Positions 13,274-24,500 of a stretch of 64,000 bases of DNA are shown in pieces (the stretch's first letter is position 1; each line of letters starts with the position of its first letter). The DNA lies in NCBI GenBank assembly GCA_965112155.1, contig OZ218106.1; one strand, given 5' to 3'. The stretch is from Podarcis liolepis. Lineage: Eukaryota. The position numbers were made by a program, and so were the translations under genes. The notes beneath the pieces are model-generated. The model ran no database searches and was not told where the DNA came from. It was given only the letters and a program-made list of their open reading frames with translations.

Positions 13274-14359
13274 TAATTTCTGCAAATTTACTTTAGGCAA
13301 TATACCATGATAGCGAAATGATGTGCAGAACAGCCCTTAGAGCATCTTAAAGAAACTCCTGTGTTTTGCTTTCCTCGGATGTTTCAGCTGAGGAGGAAGA
13401 GCCCAATCTAAAATCACAATAGCCAAATGACAAACCTCCCCTCAAGGGAAACACAGCACCTCATCCCTAGCTAAATGATCTAGTCCAAAAAGTATTGATT
13501 TCAATGCAACAAACAGTGAACGGAAGGTATGTCTGTATGTTTGGGGGATGGGTACAGGGTTAGCATATCTGACAGAGCATATTCTGCCTCTCTCAGCTAC
13601 AGATGGCACATATGCCCAGTAATCATGGCAGGCCTGGGAAAGTCTCAAGTTCTCCTAGGGGGGTCCTAAGTGTAGCTAAGATTGCAGTGCCTGCATCAAG
13701 TAAACTTCCTACAACATTTCTCTATTTCAAAAGCTCACTAAAGTGTTCATTCTCCTCCCTTGAGAAAGCTTTGAGGTAAATCTTTGAGCTTTAGCTTGAT
13801 GCCAAACATACATGTAACTGGCATAGGACACTGACAAGAAATAGCAGGTTAAGTTAACATTCATAAAATACTTTCTAAAGAGACTCTCCAAAATTCATAC
13901 ATTTGCAAAAACACAAACACAAAAAATATGTTTAGCTTAAACACTTGGATAGAAGGGAAAATAAAAATTATCTTCACCTTTAAAATTAAAGGTGAATGCC
14001 TTTTGCATACCTATATACAAGACTAGAATATCAACGAGAATACCACTTTTTTCTACATGAAGATTAAGTGATAAGGGGTAAACTTCACCATTTGAATGTC
14101 TGTCTGTTGCAAAACTCTTAAAGCACCCAGCCTGCTAAAGAAAATTAGTATCCCTAGATTTAAGTACATTCTTTTTCTAGTTTTCTGATCTTTTTTTTTA
14201 ATGTTGTCAAGGCTCCTTATAAAATCACACAAAATAGTACAAAGCAGCAAATTTTGAATTATAAAGCAATCAAAGCAAATTTCCAGTTATTTTTACAACC
14301 AAGTCTGTAAAAAACATAATTAGTGATTAAGGCCCAATCCATCTAAATCATAACTAAAA

Positions 14360-14552
14360 GTGTGATCCTATTCACATGTATTTGGCAATAATCCCCAATA
14401 ACTTAATGTGATTTGCTTCAAAGTAAACATGCATAGGATTGGGCTTCACATACTGCTAAAATCAATGCAATCCCATCCATATATAATCTGAAGTAAATCC
14501 AATTGAATTCAATGGGTCTTACACTTGGGTGAGTGGTTTTATGCTTGTAGTC
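14360..14552. repeat. Two tandem copies of a short (~85 bp) palindromic squamate repeat
   Basis: caatcc...agtaaatccaattgaattcaatgggtcttac... type hairpin; related copies at ~1-80, 25702-25780, 33955-34045 and 52335-52412. Confidence 0.6.
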
Positions 14553-14932
14553 TTCGTCTTGCAACTAATAGGAGGAATCCAAGGAGATCACTTTGTCAAT
14601 GCAAGCATTTCTGTTTGCCTGATGGGATTATCCCCCTTTCCTTCCCTGTGTGCCATTCTTTGGGTCCTCCTGTCCGCCCTTAGCAAATTTTTTTTTTTTG
14701 GGGGGGGAGCTTTGCTGTGCTAGCTCAAGTCCTATTGTGGGCTTCTGCTAGAAGGACCTGTTAGTTGAATCCGGCCCAGGAGCGCCATATTTGTTTTGGG
14801 GGGCATCCCCCCAATGTTAGGTGAGGTCAGAGGAGCCAGGAACACGGCAGCAGAGCAGCTTCAGTTGCCAGTTCCTTCTCCTCCTCCTGTTGTGGAGGGG
14901 AAGGAGAGGGAAGCAGCCTCCAGCCGGTGATG

Positions 14933-14934
<2 letters not shown>

Positions 14935-14973
<39 letters not shown>
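14935..14973. repeat. (AAC)13 microsatellite followed by (AGG)n
   Basis: Read directly from the sequence. Confidence 0.95.
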
Positions 14974-14974
<1 letters not shown>

Positions 14975-16000
14975 GGAGGAGGAGGATGAGGAGGAGCTGC
15001 CAGCCACTGAAGTCATGCTGCTGCCGCAATCCTAGCTCCTCCGACCTAGCGCAATATGGGAACAAGGCACATCACATCCTGATGCAACATCGTTGCATGC
15101 ATCACCTCCAGAAGGAACAATGGTCCCCCAATCTGCCTCACAAGCTGGTGCCTCTGGTTGAGCCCTGTACGTTTTCACTGGGGCATAGACACGACTGGCT
15201 TTAGCTAAACTGGAACCGAGGTGCATTGAACCAAGCTCATCAAAGTGCATACCTCTAATGTAAACCATGTCCTAACTCAGTTCCTACTGAAGATTATTTC
15301 AAGAATACAACTTGTGTATTCTTTCAGGGGAAACAACATGTTTTGGCTGTTACTTGCAAACTTTTAATACCTTTGAAGAAATGGAACTAAATTTGAAATG
15401 ACTTTATATCATCTTTACATGTCTTTTTCTCAATGAAATGGATCCCTGAAATATAGTTCAAGTTAAAGCTTAAGGAAAACTACATGTTACACACAAATGT
15501 GTGTATCAAATTCCTTCCAATCAATTTTTTTAAAAAAGAAACACAGATGAGGGAGGGGCATCTAGCCCTTCCCGTGTCCAGTCTTTGTAGTTATGTCAGG
15601 GAAAAGGTTAAGCACTTGCCTTCTTTCTGCATTCTGTTGTTTTTCCACTCAAAGCTGCTTTTCATTAAAAAGCAAATGGCTCGTATTGTTTCTTTACATG
15701 CATTTGCATGTAACATGTAGTTAGCCACATGTGTTAGCAGGCATAACAATTACCTTGCATTATATATAGACAGTTTACAAAAAATACCACAACTCACCCA
15801 CTCACCCTTGCATAATTAAATTTACGCACAGTTAAAAAACAGGGGGAGGGGGTGTTATACAAACATGAACATCATCAACACTTGTGTTGTACAAAAAATG
15901 CATGAGAAATACATGATAAAGAGAAAAAGCAGCTTAAATGAGAGCTTAGCATTACCAAGTCGTTTTCAGATTAAGGGAAAGAAATTCTCGTTGTTTGTGC

Positions 16001-16035
16001 CTGTAAGATAAAGTACAAACAAAAAAATAAATCCT
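16001..16035 (-). other. 3' splice acceptor of the probable terminal 3'-UTR exon of C4orf54
   Basis: Minus strand reads ...atttatttttttgtttgtactttatcttacAG|gcacaaac, a strong polypyrimidine tract plus CAG. AT-rich UTR-like sequence follows. Confidence 0.65.
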
Positions 16036-16096
16036 TGATTTAGAAAACAAAGTTTGTTAGAAAGCATCTTAGAATAAAGGTCCAATTATTAATCAA

Positions 16097-16149
<53 letters not shown>
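16097..16149. repeat. Compound (TC)13(AC)13 microsatellite; (UG)n(AG)n in C4orf54 pre-mRNA sense
   Basis: Read directly; lies ~95-150 nt upstream of the acceptor at 16001. Confidence 0.95.
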
Positions 16150-16153
<4 letters not shown>

Positions 16154-16629
16154 TCATTGGATATGCTGCTTTACTGTTCTTGATAGCGCTATATCCAACT
16201 CAGCCACACTCACCCTAGACTAGCCATCTCCATTAAATACAGTGGGAGTACTTCGCACATGGTTTATATTAGATACAACTCATAATATTAGATACAATTC
16301 ATAAATTCTCCAGTCCAAAATCTGATCTCAGAATCATAAAGTTGGAAGGAACATTGAAGGTTTCCCAGTCCAACCCTGACATGCTTACATCACACTCTGC
16401 TTCTGCATCTTAAATCTGTGTTAAATTCCTCATTCACAAAAACAAGACTCGCAACCAAAGTTGGTAGTCAAAAAGGTGCAGGAAATTTCTACCTTTGAAG
16501 ACACTCCCGAAATGATTTCCATTATGCTGAGGGCCACCAGTTTCTATTTTTTCCCCAAAAACATCTTTAGACAAAGCCCAAGCAGAACATACCTCTGAAG
16601 TTTGAATCTTAGTGTATGTGACTAGGAAA

Positions 16630-16960
16630 AAGTGTATAAAGTTATGCATTTTGTGGAGAAAGAAAGAAAAATATCCCCCTCTCACAACACTAGAACTTGT
16701 GGGCATCCAATGAAGCTCAATGTTAGAAGATTCGGGACAGATCAAAGAAAGTACTTCTTCACACAGGGCCTAGTGAAATTGTAGCATTCACCCCCACAAG
16801 AGCTAGTGATGACTACCAACTTGGATAGCTTTAAAAGAGAATTAAACAAATTCATGGAGGATAAGGCTAGCAATGGCTACTAGCCATGTTGGCTACGTTC
16901 TACATTTAAGATCAGAGTCAATATGTCTTTGAATACCACTTGCTGGGAATCCAAGACTCA
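16630..16960 (+). mobile_element. CR1-type LINE 3' fragment
   Basis: Degenerate ...GHPMKL..RFGTDQRKYFFTQ...DSFKRELNKFMEDKA.NGY* RT C-terminus; related copies at 30480-30870 and 32113-32270. Confidence 0.8.
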
Positions 16961-19576
16961 CAACCTGCTTGGGCAGGTTGCTTTCGTGATCACGCCTTGC
17001 ACTGAACCCACAAAGTAAAGGTTACTCTAGATGAGATAGTGGACCTCTTGCATTAAAAAAAGAATACCAGCTGCCTATATTGGATTAGAGCCACAGCAGT
17101 AGGGGATGGGTGGCCCTTTCACTCAAAGCTCCTCCTCCCCACTCACGCTGGGCAAGTAACTGCTTCAAGGCAGGGGGCATGATTTAAAAATGAAAGGAAG
17201 GCGTTGGAGGGGTGTGCTGTAAGCCCAACCTGGTTACCCTATAGCTGTTTTTAACCTTTTTAAAAAGAAAGAGTGGGAGGTGTCCTCCTGCCATCTCATC
17301 TAAGTGCACACTTAGCTTGCTTGAAGTTCTAGTGTACAGAGACCGACAAGGCTATTTGTGTAACCACAAATATAGAGTATCCACTCGCCCATTAAGATGA
17401 AAGATTTATTACACTCAACTCAAGCTTATCCCTCCGTACACAGATACACCTCTTTAAGAAAGAAGATGAGACACTTCAAGTGGGGGGAAAGCATCCTAGA
17501 AAATGAAGTACAATATGATGCAGGAGAATCTTTTGCTGATATTGAATCTTGGCCAAGACATACAGCAGACTCCAGGCTTACCCTGCTCTCACCCACTGGG
17601 TGCAATGAGGGCCAAACTAAACATTGCTTTAATAACCATTTTTGAATACTGTGGGTCTAGCCAGGTCTCATTTTTTGCAAAAAAAAAAAACCACCACAAG
17701 TGAGCCCAGTCCAGATCAAGACCTTGACATGGTGGTGAACTCTTTTTATTTCACTGTTTCCCTGCTGAAACCTAAGCTGCTATATGCCCTAGGCTTTTTT
17801 TTAAAAAAAACAAACAAACCTATGGGTTGTAAGCAACTGGGGGGCGCCAGTCACAAAATAGCTGCTATGGGGGGACATAGCATAACACATGGAGAGCATT
17901 GCATAGCACAAAGTTAGATAGCTACCTCCAGCAACCTTATACTTACCATGAGAAATCAGCTATGTGCTGCTGGTCCTAATTGTGGAGATCATACAATATT
18001 GATTTTACACGCACACACGCACACTGATGGTGGCCACAGTACACCCACTCTCATTTCACAGAAGTCACTTAGAAGGTATTTGTGCATTTTACCCCATAGA
18101 TTTTTTTTCTAGGCATGCTAGAGTGAGAGCCATGGTACCCATGGATGCTGGGTTGGCGACCCCTGAAATAAATGCTTCTCAGGGTAGATCCATTGAAGTT
18201 ACAGTAACTGGCCTAAGTAAGTGATGCACTCTAATTTCAATGGGCCTACTCTGAGCATGGCTAACATTAAAATGTTCTGAACTGGCAAGACCTCTCTGAG
18301 GTAATTGGCTGAATGTTATGATTGCCAACTTTCTTTTCCTGGCAAGACTCCTGTACCTTTATCTATACATAATGAACAAAAACTCCACCTGCAGAATCTC
18401 TGCTTGTAGAGCAGCTGTTAAAGCCCTACCAGAAAAAAGTTGGCAACTCTACTATTAGTATGAACAGTCTCATATGTCACAGATGAGTGATGAAACTGCA
18501 GCTCAGTGGCTCTTGGCATTTCTTTGAAGTGTGTAGTGTGAGCCAGGTGGTGATCTACAATCTCGCCACTTCTGTGATATGTCAGAGCATTCACACTAAC
18601 AGTCGTCAATACACACAGACACTCCTCACTTTCTTCAACTCAGCTGTTCCTCTGAATTTATCCTGCCTTATAATCAGACAGGGACCACTAAGAATCTGAT
18701 GCCTCTCATCTTCCAAAACATTGTTCTTCTGCTAACCCTCTCTCTTGCCAAAAAACCCCAAAAACCTATCTTGGAGAAGATGCAAGTGGGTGCATTAACC
18801 AATAAACCTGAAAGTGCTCAGATACAGAGTGTAATTAATCCATTACAGAAAACTTACCCCCCCCCAATTAATCACAGGGCTACTACACACATGCAACAAT
18901 GACTACCTTTAAGGACATCACTTTCTGCACAGGAAACATGTATAAACCTCATAGACACCATCATGCAAGTGCACACATATTATTCCCCTTTGGCAACTGC
19001 TTCCTGGTGTGAATATACAAGAGAGCCACTTGTGACAAATTCAATAACTAATCATCATCAGTACCAGTTTATTCATGGGGATTGAGAAAGGGCTGCTCAA
19101 GTTGTTAGTGTTATGACCAGCTGCCCTGAATCAAAGGTAAAAGTAAAAGCTCTCAATGTGTACAGTGCCTTACCCCACAGGGCTTCCACCTCACAACTCA
19201 CACATTTGTAGGAAGTAGGGTTGCCACCTTTGTTCTGGCAAACTACAGGACATGGTTGTGATTGGAAGAGTGTTGTTGTTTTAAAATCTGATGCTGAAGT
19301 GACTTCAAAGCAATCCATTACAATTCATTGCAACCTAACAGGATGTCTCCTCTGGAATTTATAGGTGGGCACACACATGAATTTGTAAAATCTCTCGGTG
19401 CTGAAATACATTACCGTTCACACACCCTTTCAAACCCATGCAACTTGGCAGAGATTGAGAGAGAGAGAAGACCTGACACCCAGGTCAAAATTGTACCCAT
19501 ACAGGAGGTACCCTTTTGCCCTGAAACACAGGACAATCCTGTATTATGGACTATCCTAGGACTAGTGGGCGTGCAT

Positions 19577-19578
<2 letters not shown>

Positions 19579-19616
<38 letters not shown>
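19579..19616. repeat. (GT)19 microsatellite; (CA)n in C4orf54 pre-mRNA sense
   Basis: Read directly; starts ~87 nt inside the 3'-UTR intron. Confidence 0.95.
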
Positions 19617-19618
<2 letters not shown>

Positions 19619-19689
19619 AGGAGGCCCTTTCCTAAGTTGCCTGTGAGGAGGCCTGGGATCACAAACAAGCGGCCCTGGCTTGCTGGCCA

Positions 19690-21500
19690 AGAGCCCAACT
19701 CACCCGTGGCAGCAGCAGCAGCGAGCAGCAGCATCCCTGGCCGGGCTCTCCATCACCGGTGCTCCACGACGAAGCGCATGGTGGTGCCGTCGAAGGAAGG
19801 AGGCGCGATGATCCTGGGCCCCAGAGGCTGCGAAGTGATGCTGATGAGCGGCGCCTTCCCCTCGCCAGGAACCCCTTGCTGCTGCTGCTGTGGCGACTGC
19901 TGTGGCTGCTGCTGCTGAGCAGCTTTGCCCGTGGGCATGTAGTAAGGGCTGTCCGCCCCGGGGCTGGCGGGGCCGAGCTCTCCGCCCGGCTGCTGGGCGA
20001 GCTGGCCTTGCAGGGCGCTGGCGGGCAAGACGGCCGGCAAGAAGCCCGGGTAGATCATGTAGGCCGCGGCCGGGGCGCCGTAGGCTCCCGCCGCGCCCAG
20101 CGCCAGGGAGGACACCGGGAGGGTCATGGGGGCCACGGCCGGATTTGGCGCCTGGGCCGGCAGGGGCACCTCTACGTACTGCCCGGTCTCGGGGTCGAAG
20201 AGGCGCCTCTTCTGAGGCGGAGGCGGCGGCGGCTGCAGCGGCGCGTCCACCACGTAGCACTGCCCGGTGCTGAGGTCCAGCAGCACTTTGCGCTGCGTCT
20301 GAGGCGCCGAGAAAGCGGCGGGCTCGGCGGCCGCGGGCGGAGAGAAGCACAGCAGAGGCGCGGGCTGGGCAGCGCCCGAGAAAGCGGCGGCCGCCGCGGC
20401 CAAGGACAAGGCCTGAGGGAAGAACTGCGCGGGGGACACTTCGAACTGAGGCGGCGGCTGCTGTTGCGGAGGCGGCGGAGGATGAGGCTGCGGGGCGGCT
20501 GCCTCTCCGCGCTGCTGTTGCTTGGCCGCCTCCTGCCCGTGGGTCTTGCTGGTGCTGTAGGGCTGGTGGCTGCACAGAGCCGCGGCGGCCGCCGCCGCGG
20601 AAACTAGGCCCGGGCGGCCGCCTCGGTCTCCTGACGTGGCAGCCCCCGGCTGCTCCGTCGACGACGATGCCTTGAGAGGGATGGCCAGGTAGTTCCCGCA
20701 GTCGGGAGCCGCCGCCGCCACCTTGGGCACCCTGTCGGGCTCCACGAGGCTCCCCTGCCTGTCCCCAAAGAGCTTGATGGAGCGAGGCCCGGCCTGGCCT
20801 TTCAGGCCTCTTGGTGGCGGGTCAGGAGATGGCTCCTGAGGTGGCTGCTGCTGCTGTTGCTTGGGCTTCTGGGCCTGGGCATTGAAGGTGAAGGTGCTGC
20901 GGGGTGCCACCGGGGCCCTGCCTCTCTCCGTGCCCCCTGCGGCCTCCCCGCGGAAGCCCGGCCCGCGTGCCCGCTCCCGAGCCTGTGCCAAGCTTTCGAA
21001 GGTCGCCATCTTGGCTGACACCTTCTCTGCGTTCTTGGTTGGGTTGGCAGTCCGGCTGCGGGGTTGGCGCTCGGGTGCAGGCCTGCTGCTGGCGATGCTG
21101 CTGGGGGAAGTCGTCAAGGCCGCACTCTGACTGGCATCCTGCTCCTCTGCCTTGGCGCTGGCTGTGGACTCTTCCCTGGCTCCCGTGGCTCCTCCTGTGG
21201 CCTTTTCCTCGCTGGCGATGAGGGACAGGACGTGGCTGTCGGTGATGGGCAGCGGGTCGCTCTTGCGCTTCCACTCGTTCTTGTGGAAGCTGTAGAGCTC
21301 CTCCATGCTCCGGACGGCCGCTGTAAGTTTCTCCAGCGCTTGGTGGTTTGCTGTGAGGGGTGCCTTGGTCACCTCTTCTCGTGGAATTTCTTCTTCGCTA
21401 GCCACCACCAGTGGGCCTACCTTGCTGCTTTTCTCCACTGGTGTAGATTGAATTTGCGGCGGCGGCGGCTGTGGTTGCTGCCTCCAGGGCACAGATGTTT
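19690..21500. promoter_or_regulatory. Intragenic CpG-island-like segment over the 3' end of the C4orf54 CDS
   Basis: Visibly very GC-rich with dense CpG (gcggcggc, cgcg), in contrast to the CpG-poor 5' part of the same exon. Confidence 0.7.
19698..19706 (-). other. 5' splice donor ending the C4orf54 coding exon (3'-UTR intron)
   Basis: Minus strand reads CGG|GTGAGT, a consensus donor. Last exonic base is 19704, 49 nt after the TGA, at the edge of the GC-rich segment. Confidence 0.75.
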
Positions 21501-24500
21501 TGGAGACTATCTTCAGCACAGCAGGCTGGCGAGGGTCGCTTTTGTTAGGGGCGATTGTAGCTACGGGCAGCCTCCCTGAGGTCCTGTGCACCAGGATTGT
21601 CCCATCTTGGCTGGATGGCAGCATCTTGCCCCCGCTACTTGCTTTGGCCCCTGTCTCTGAAGCCTTGCTGGCCCTCTTGTCTTCCTTGCTGTTGCTTACT
21701 GCCTGACAGGTTATCACCATGGGAGACAGAGGCCTGGAAATGCCTGCTGTCACCAGCTGCTTGGGTTTCTGCTCAGATGTTCCCTGGTCAGAGTTGACAC
21801 TGCCTCTGTCACTGTTGTTATCCCCCGACTCATGGCTGTAGTTACTCTTAATTAGTTTCCTGACATCTGTAACCTGATGGATAGGCCCTTGCACCTTGTG
21901 TTTGTTTTCTCTTACATCGCGTACCAGAAATTGAGGCACTTTGTCCATACCTTCCCCTTTGAATTGTTTTTGATGCTGGCTTCTGGTATCTTCAGCTGCC
22001 TTGAAAAAGTTTGGGACACTTCCAGATAACTTGGGTGTGAGGAGCTTAGCAATATTGAAAGGGTGATCTTTATTCTGCTGCATGCTACCCAAGCTGATCT
22101 TGATCTCAGGAGGTTTGGGCTTTATCATTGTGGTAGCGATGGCAGTCTGAGCTGCTGTGTTGGTTGCTGTAGAATATTTTGTCACTTGTGTGCTGGATTG
22201 CTTTTCTTTGGTTGTTTGTTGAATATTTGGAACAAAGAGACGAGACATTTTAGTTGATTTGCTGGCTGAGAATTCTCCCAAATCAGCCTTCCTGTCACCT
22301 TTGGATGAAATTTTCAGTTTTCCCACAGGAGCTTTCTCCTCCTTTTTCTCTGCTTCTTTTTCTTTCCATGTTCTAAATGCACTATTCTGACTGCGGAGAA
22401 AAGTTGCCTTGAGAGTTTCAGAAGCACTCTCTTTTATTTTACATGCCTCGTCTAAGAATGTTTCAGAAAGGGATCGATCCAGGCTAACATTTCCATCCCG
22501 GGGAGTAGATGGCTTGGAGGTAGGGGACTTGCTGTCAAAAAACTCCCCCAAATCATCTGCTGTTACAATAGTGTATTCAGAGCTGCCTTCTGAATATCTA
22601 GAATTCTGTCTCTGCAAACCCCCATCCTTTAACTTTTCTTTGAAAGCACTATCTACCTCTTTAGAAGATAAGGAATTGGACATACCAGAATATGTGGTGT
22701 CCGAGATTTCGCCCCTTTCCATTTTGAACTCGTGCTCCAGTTGCATTTTCTTTGAGATAACATTTTTGAGGAGACTAGATGCAAACTTTGATTTATTCTG
22801 TGTGCCTTCCATGGTTTCTGCAGCCAGCCCAGTTTGTTTGCAAGTTTCATTGCCCAGCTCCTTTGGCAGTGTTTCTGTAACTTCATCTGTGCAACTTGAT
22901 CCAGCAGCAGCATTTTCAGAAGGTTTAGCAGGTCTGGGGACACCCGCTTTTATATTGCTGCTAAAATTGAGAGTCTCCAACAAAGTAACAACCCGGGAGC
23001 CTGACTGGATCCGTTTTTCAAAGCAAGGTGGTGTCTCAACATGCGTTATTTCCCCATCAAGCTTGCTGACAACAAACTCTAATGCTTTCGTCTGTGACTT
23101 ATTGGAGTGAATGTAGAACTGGTCACTGGATGTCTTTGTCCCAGTGCTTCTGTTCCATCCTGCAGATGCGGTGCTGCTTTTGAAAAGATTTTGCTCTGCT
23201 TTCTGCCCAAGGCTGCCGCACTTTAAATCCAAGTAAGTTGACCACCGGTTGATTCCTAGTGTGTGATCCGAAAGAGATGTGGAGGATTCACTGGAGCTCA
23301 GGTTCAAGGTATCAAAGTAGGGATAAGCTAAGCTGCGGAATGCCCTTGCTGTCAGGCTTCTTACTTCTTTATCTGCATCATCCAACTCACTTACCACGCT
23401 TGAGGCACCGCTTGAATATCCTCCCAATTCTCTTGCTCTTATGGCTCCACACCTTGTTTGCAAACGTGCAGGAACTGCAATAAATTTTTTTGCATAGTCA
23501 TGAAACACATCTTGTTTCAAACTTGAATTTCGTTCATGAGCTGTGGAGACACAGAGGCTCATGTCGCCTTCATGCTTGGCAGCATAAATAATGTTTTGCT
23601 TTTCGTGCTGGTTGCTAGGCTCATTTATAGCCCTGGAAGTTGGTTTGATTGATAGGAGTATCTGGCCTGCAGAATTCTCACTCATGTTGCTGAGGTTCTT
23701 GGACTGACTTTCTTCCGAGCTGGCGCATTTGTCTGTGCTAGGGGTATCATTTTCAGAATTAATGCTGACTATCTCTGTACTGCTGGTATTATCGATACTG
23801 TCTGTCTGATTATTGGGATCACTGGTGGTCGTGCTGAGATAACAGCTATTGTCCTCTTCTGTCTGGGTATCCGCAAGAGTCTCGTCACTCCCAAAGGAAG
23901 CGTAATCCACAAAGGAATAAATCACATTGTTGTCCTCGAAATCCCACCGAGAGGCTAACCCATAATCAAAGTCCATGTCATGGTCCACTTCGCTAAGCTG
24001 GATTTCATGGGTTGTAATATAATGTGCTTCATCATTATTGTTACAGTTGTTCTCACTGGTGTAGCTTTGCTGCGAGTGCATCAGTTGTGAAGCACGCCTG
24101 CACCCTCCTCTCTGGTTACTCAGACAGATTTCTTTGCAGTCTGCATCATCGTCCTCATCACTTTCATATCCAAATGAAGAAGAGGAGGTTTTCCCCTCCG
24201 TTCCCATGTCATCCATTTTTGGAAAGCTGCCTGTCTCTTGTACTGGCGAAGGACAAGAGGATGAGGATGATTCTGGGCAGCCATTTGTGTAAAGCTGAAT
24301 GTTGGAGATACTAGGGGACAAAGTGTTCTCAGACCCTTCTGAGCTGGTGCCAGTGATGCTTCCCCCCACCTCATCAGCCTTCATCCCCACAGGGGAAGGA
24401 GTGCCTTCCATTTTAGATTTATAATCCTGGGGTGCTTCATTTGCAGATTTGTCTGCCAGCATATTGTTAGCCAATCTATTAACCTCACTGATCCCATAAG

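Larger units (their letters stand above)
8515..16000 (-). other. Probable long terminal exon / 3' UTR of C4orf54 (~7.5 kb, containing MITE and SINE insertions)
   Basis: Bounded by the acceptor at 16001 and a poly(A) signal with downstream U/GU element near 8540. U-rich on the minus strand, no credible ORF. Other poly(A) sites or an extra acceptor (e.g. ~11875) cannot be excluded. Confidence 0.45.

Noticed and set aside
6756-15204. Poly-Ile, poly-Asn and poly-Leu ORFs (6756, 14817, 14821; likewise 37967 and 48149)
   Set aside because: Translations of trinucleotide microsatellites.
19328-21800. Long overlapping ORFs on both strands (e.g. 19700-20575 minus, 19759-20607 plus, 21064-21579 plus)
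   Set aside because: Shadow frames of a very GC-rich coding segment; low-complexity R/G/A/L products with no recognisable domain.
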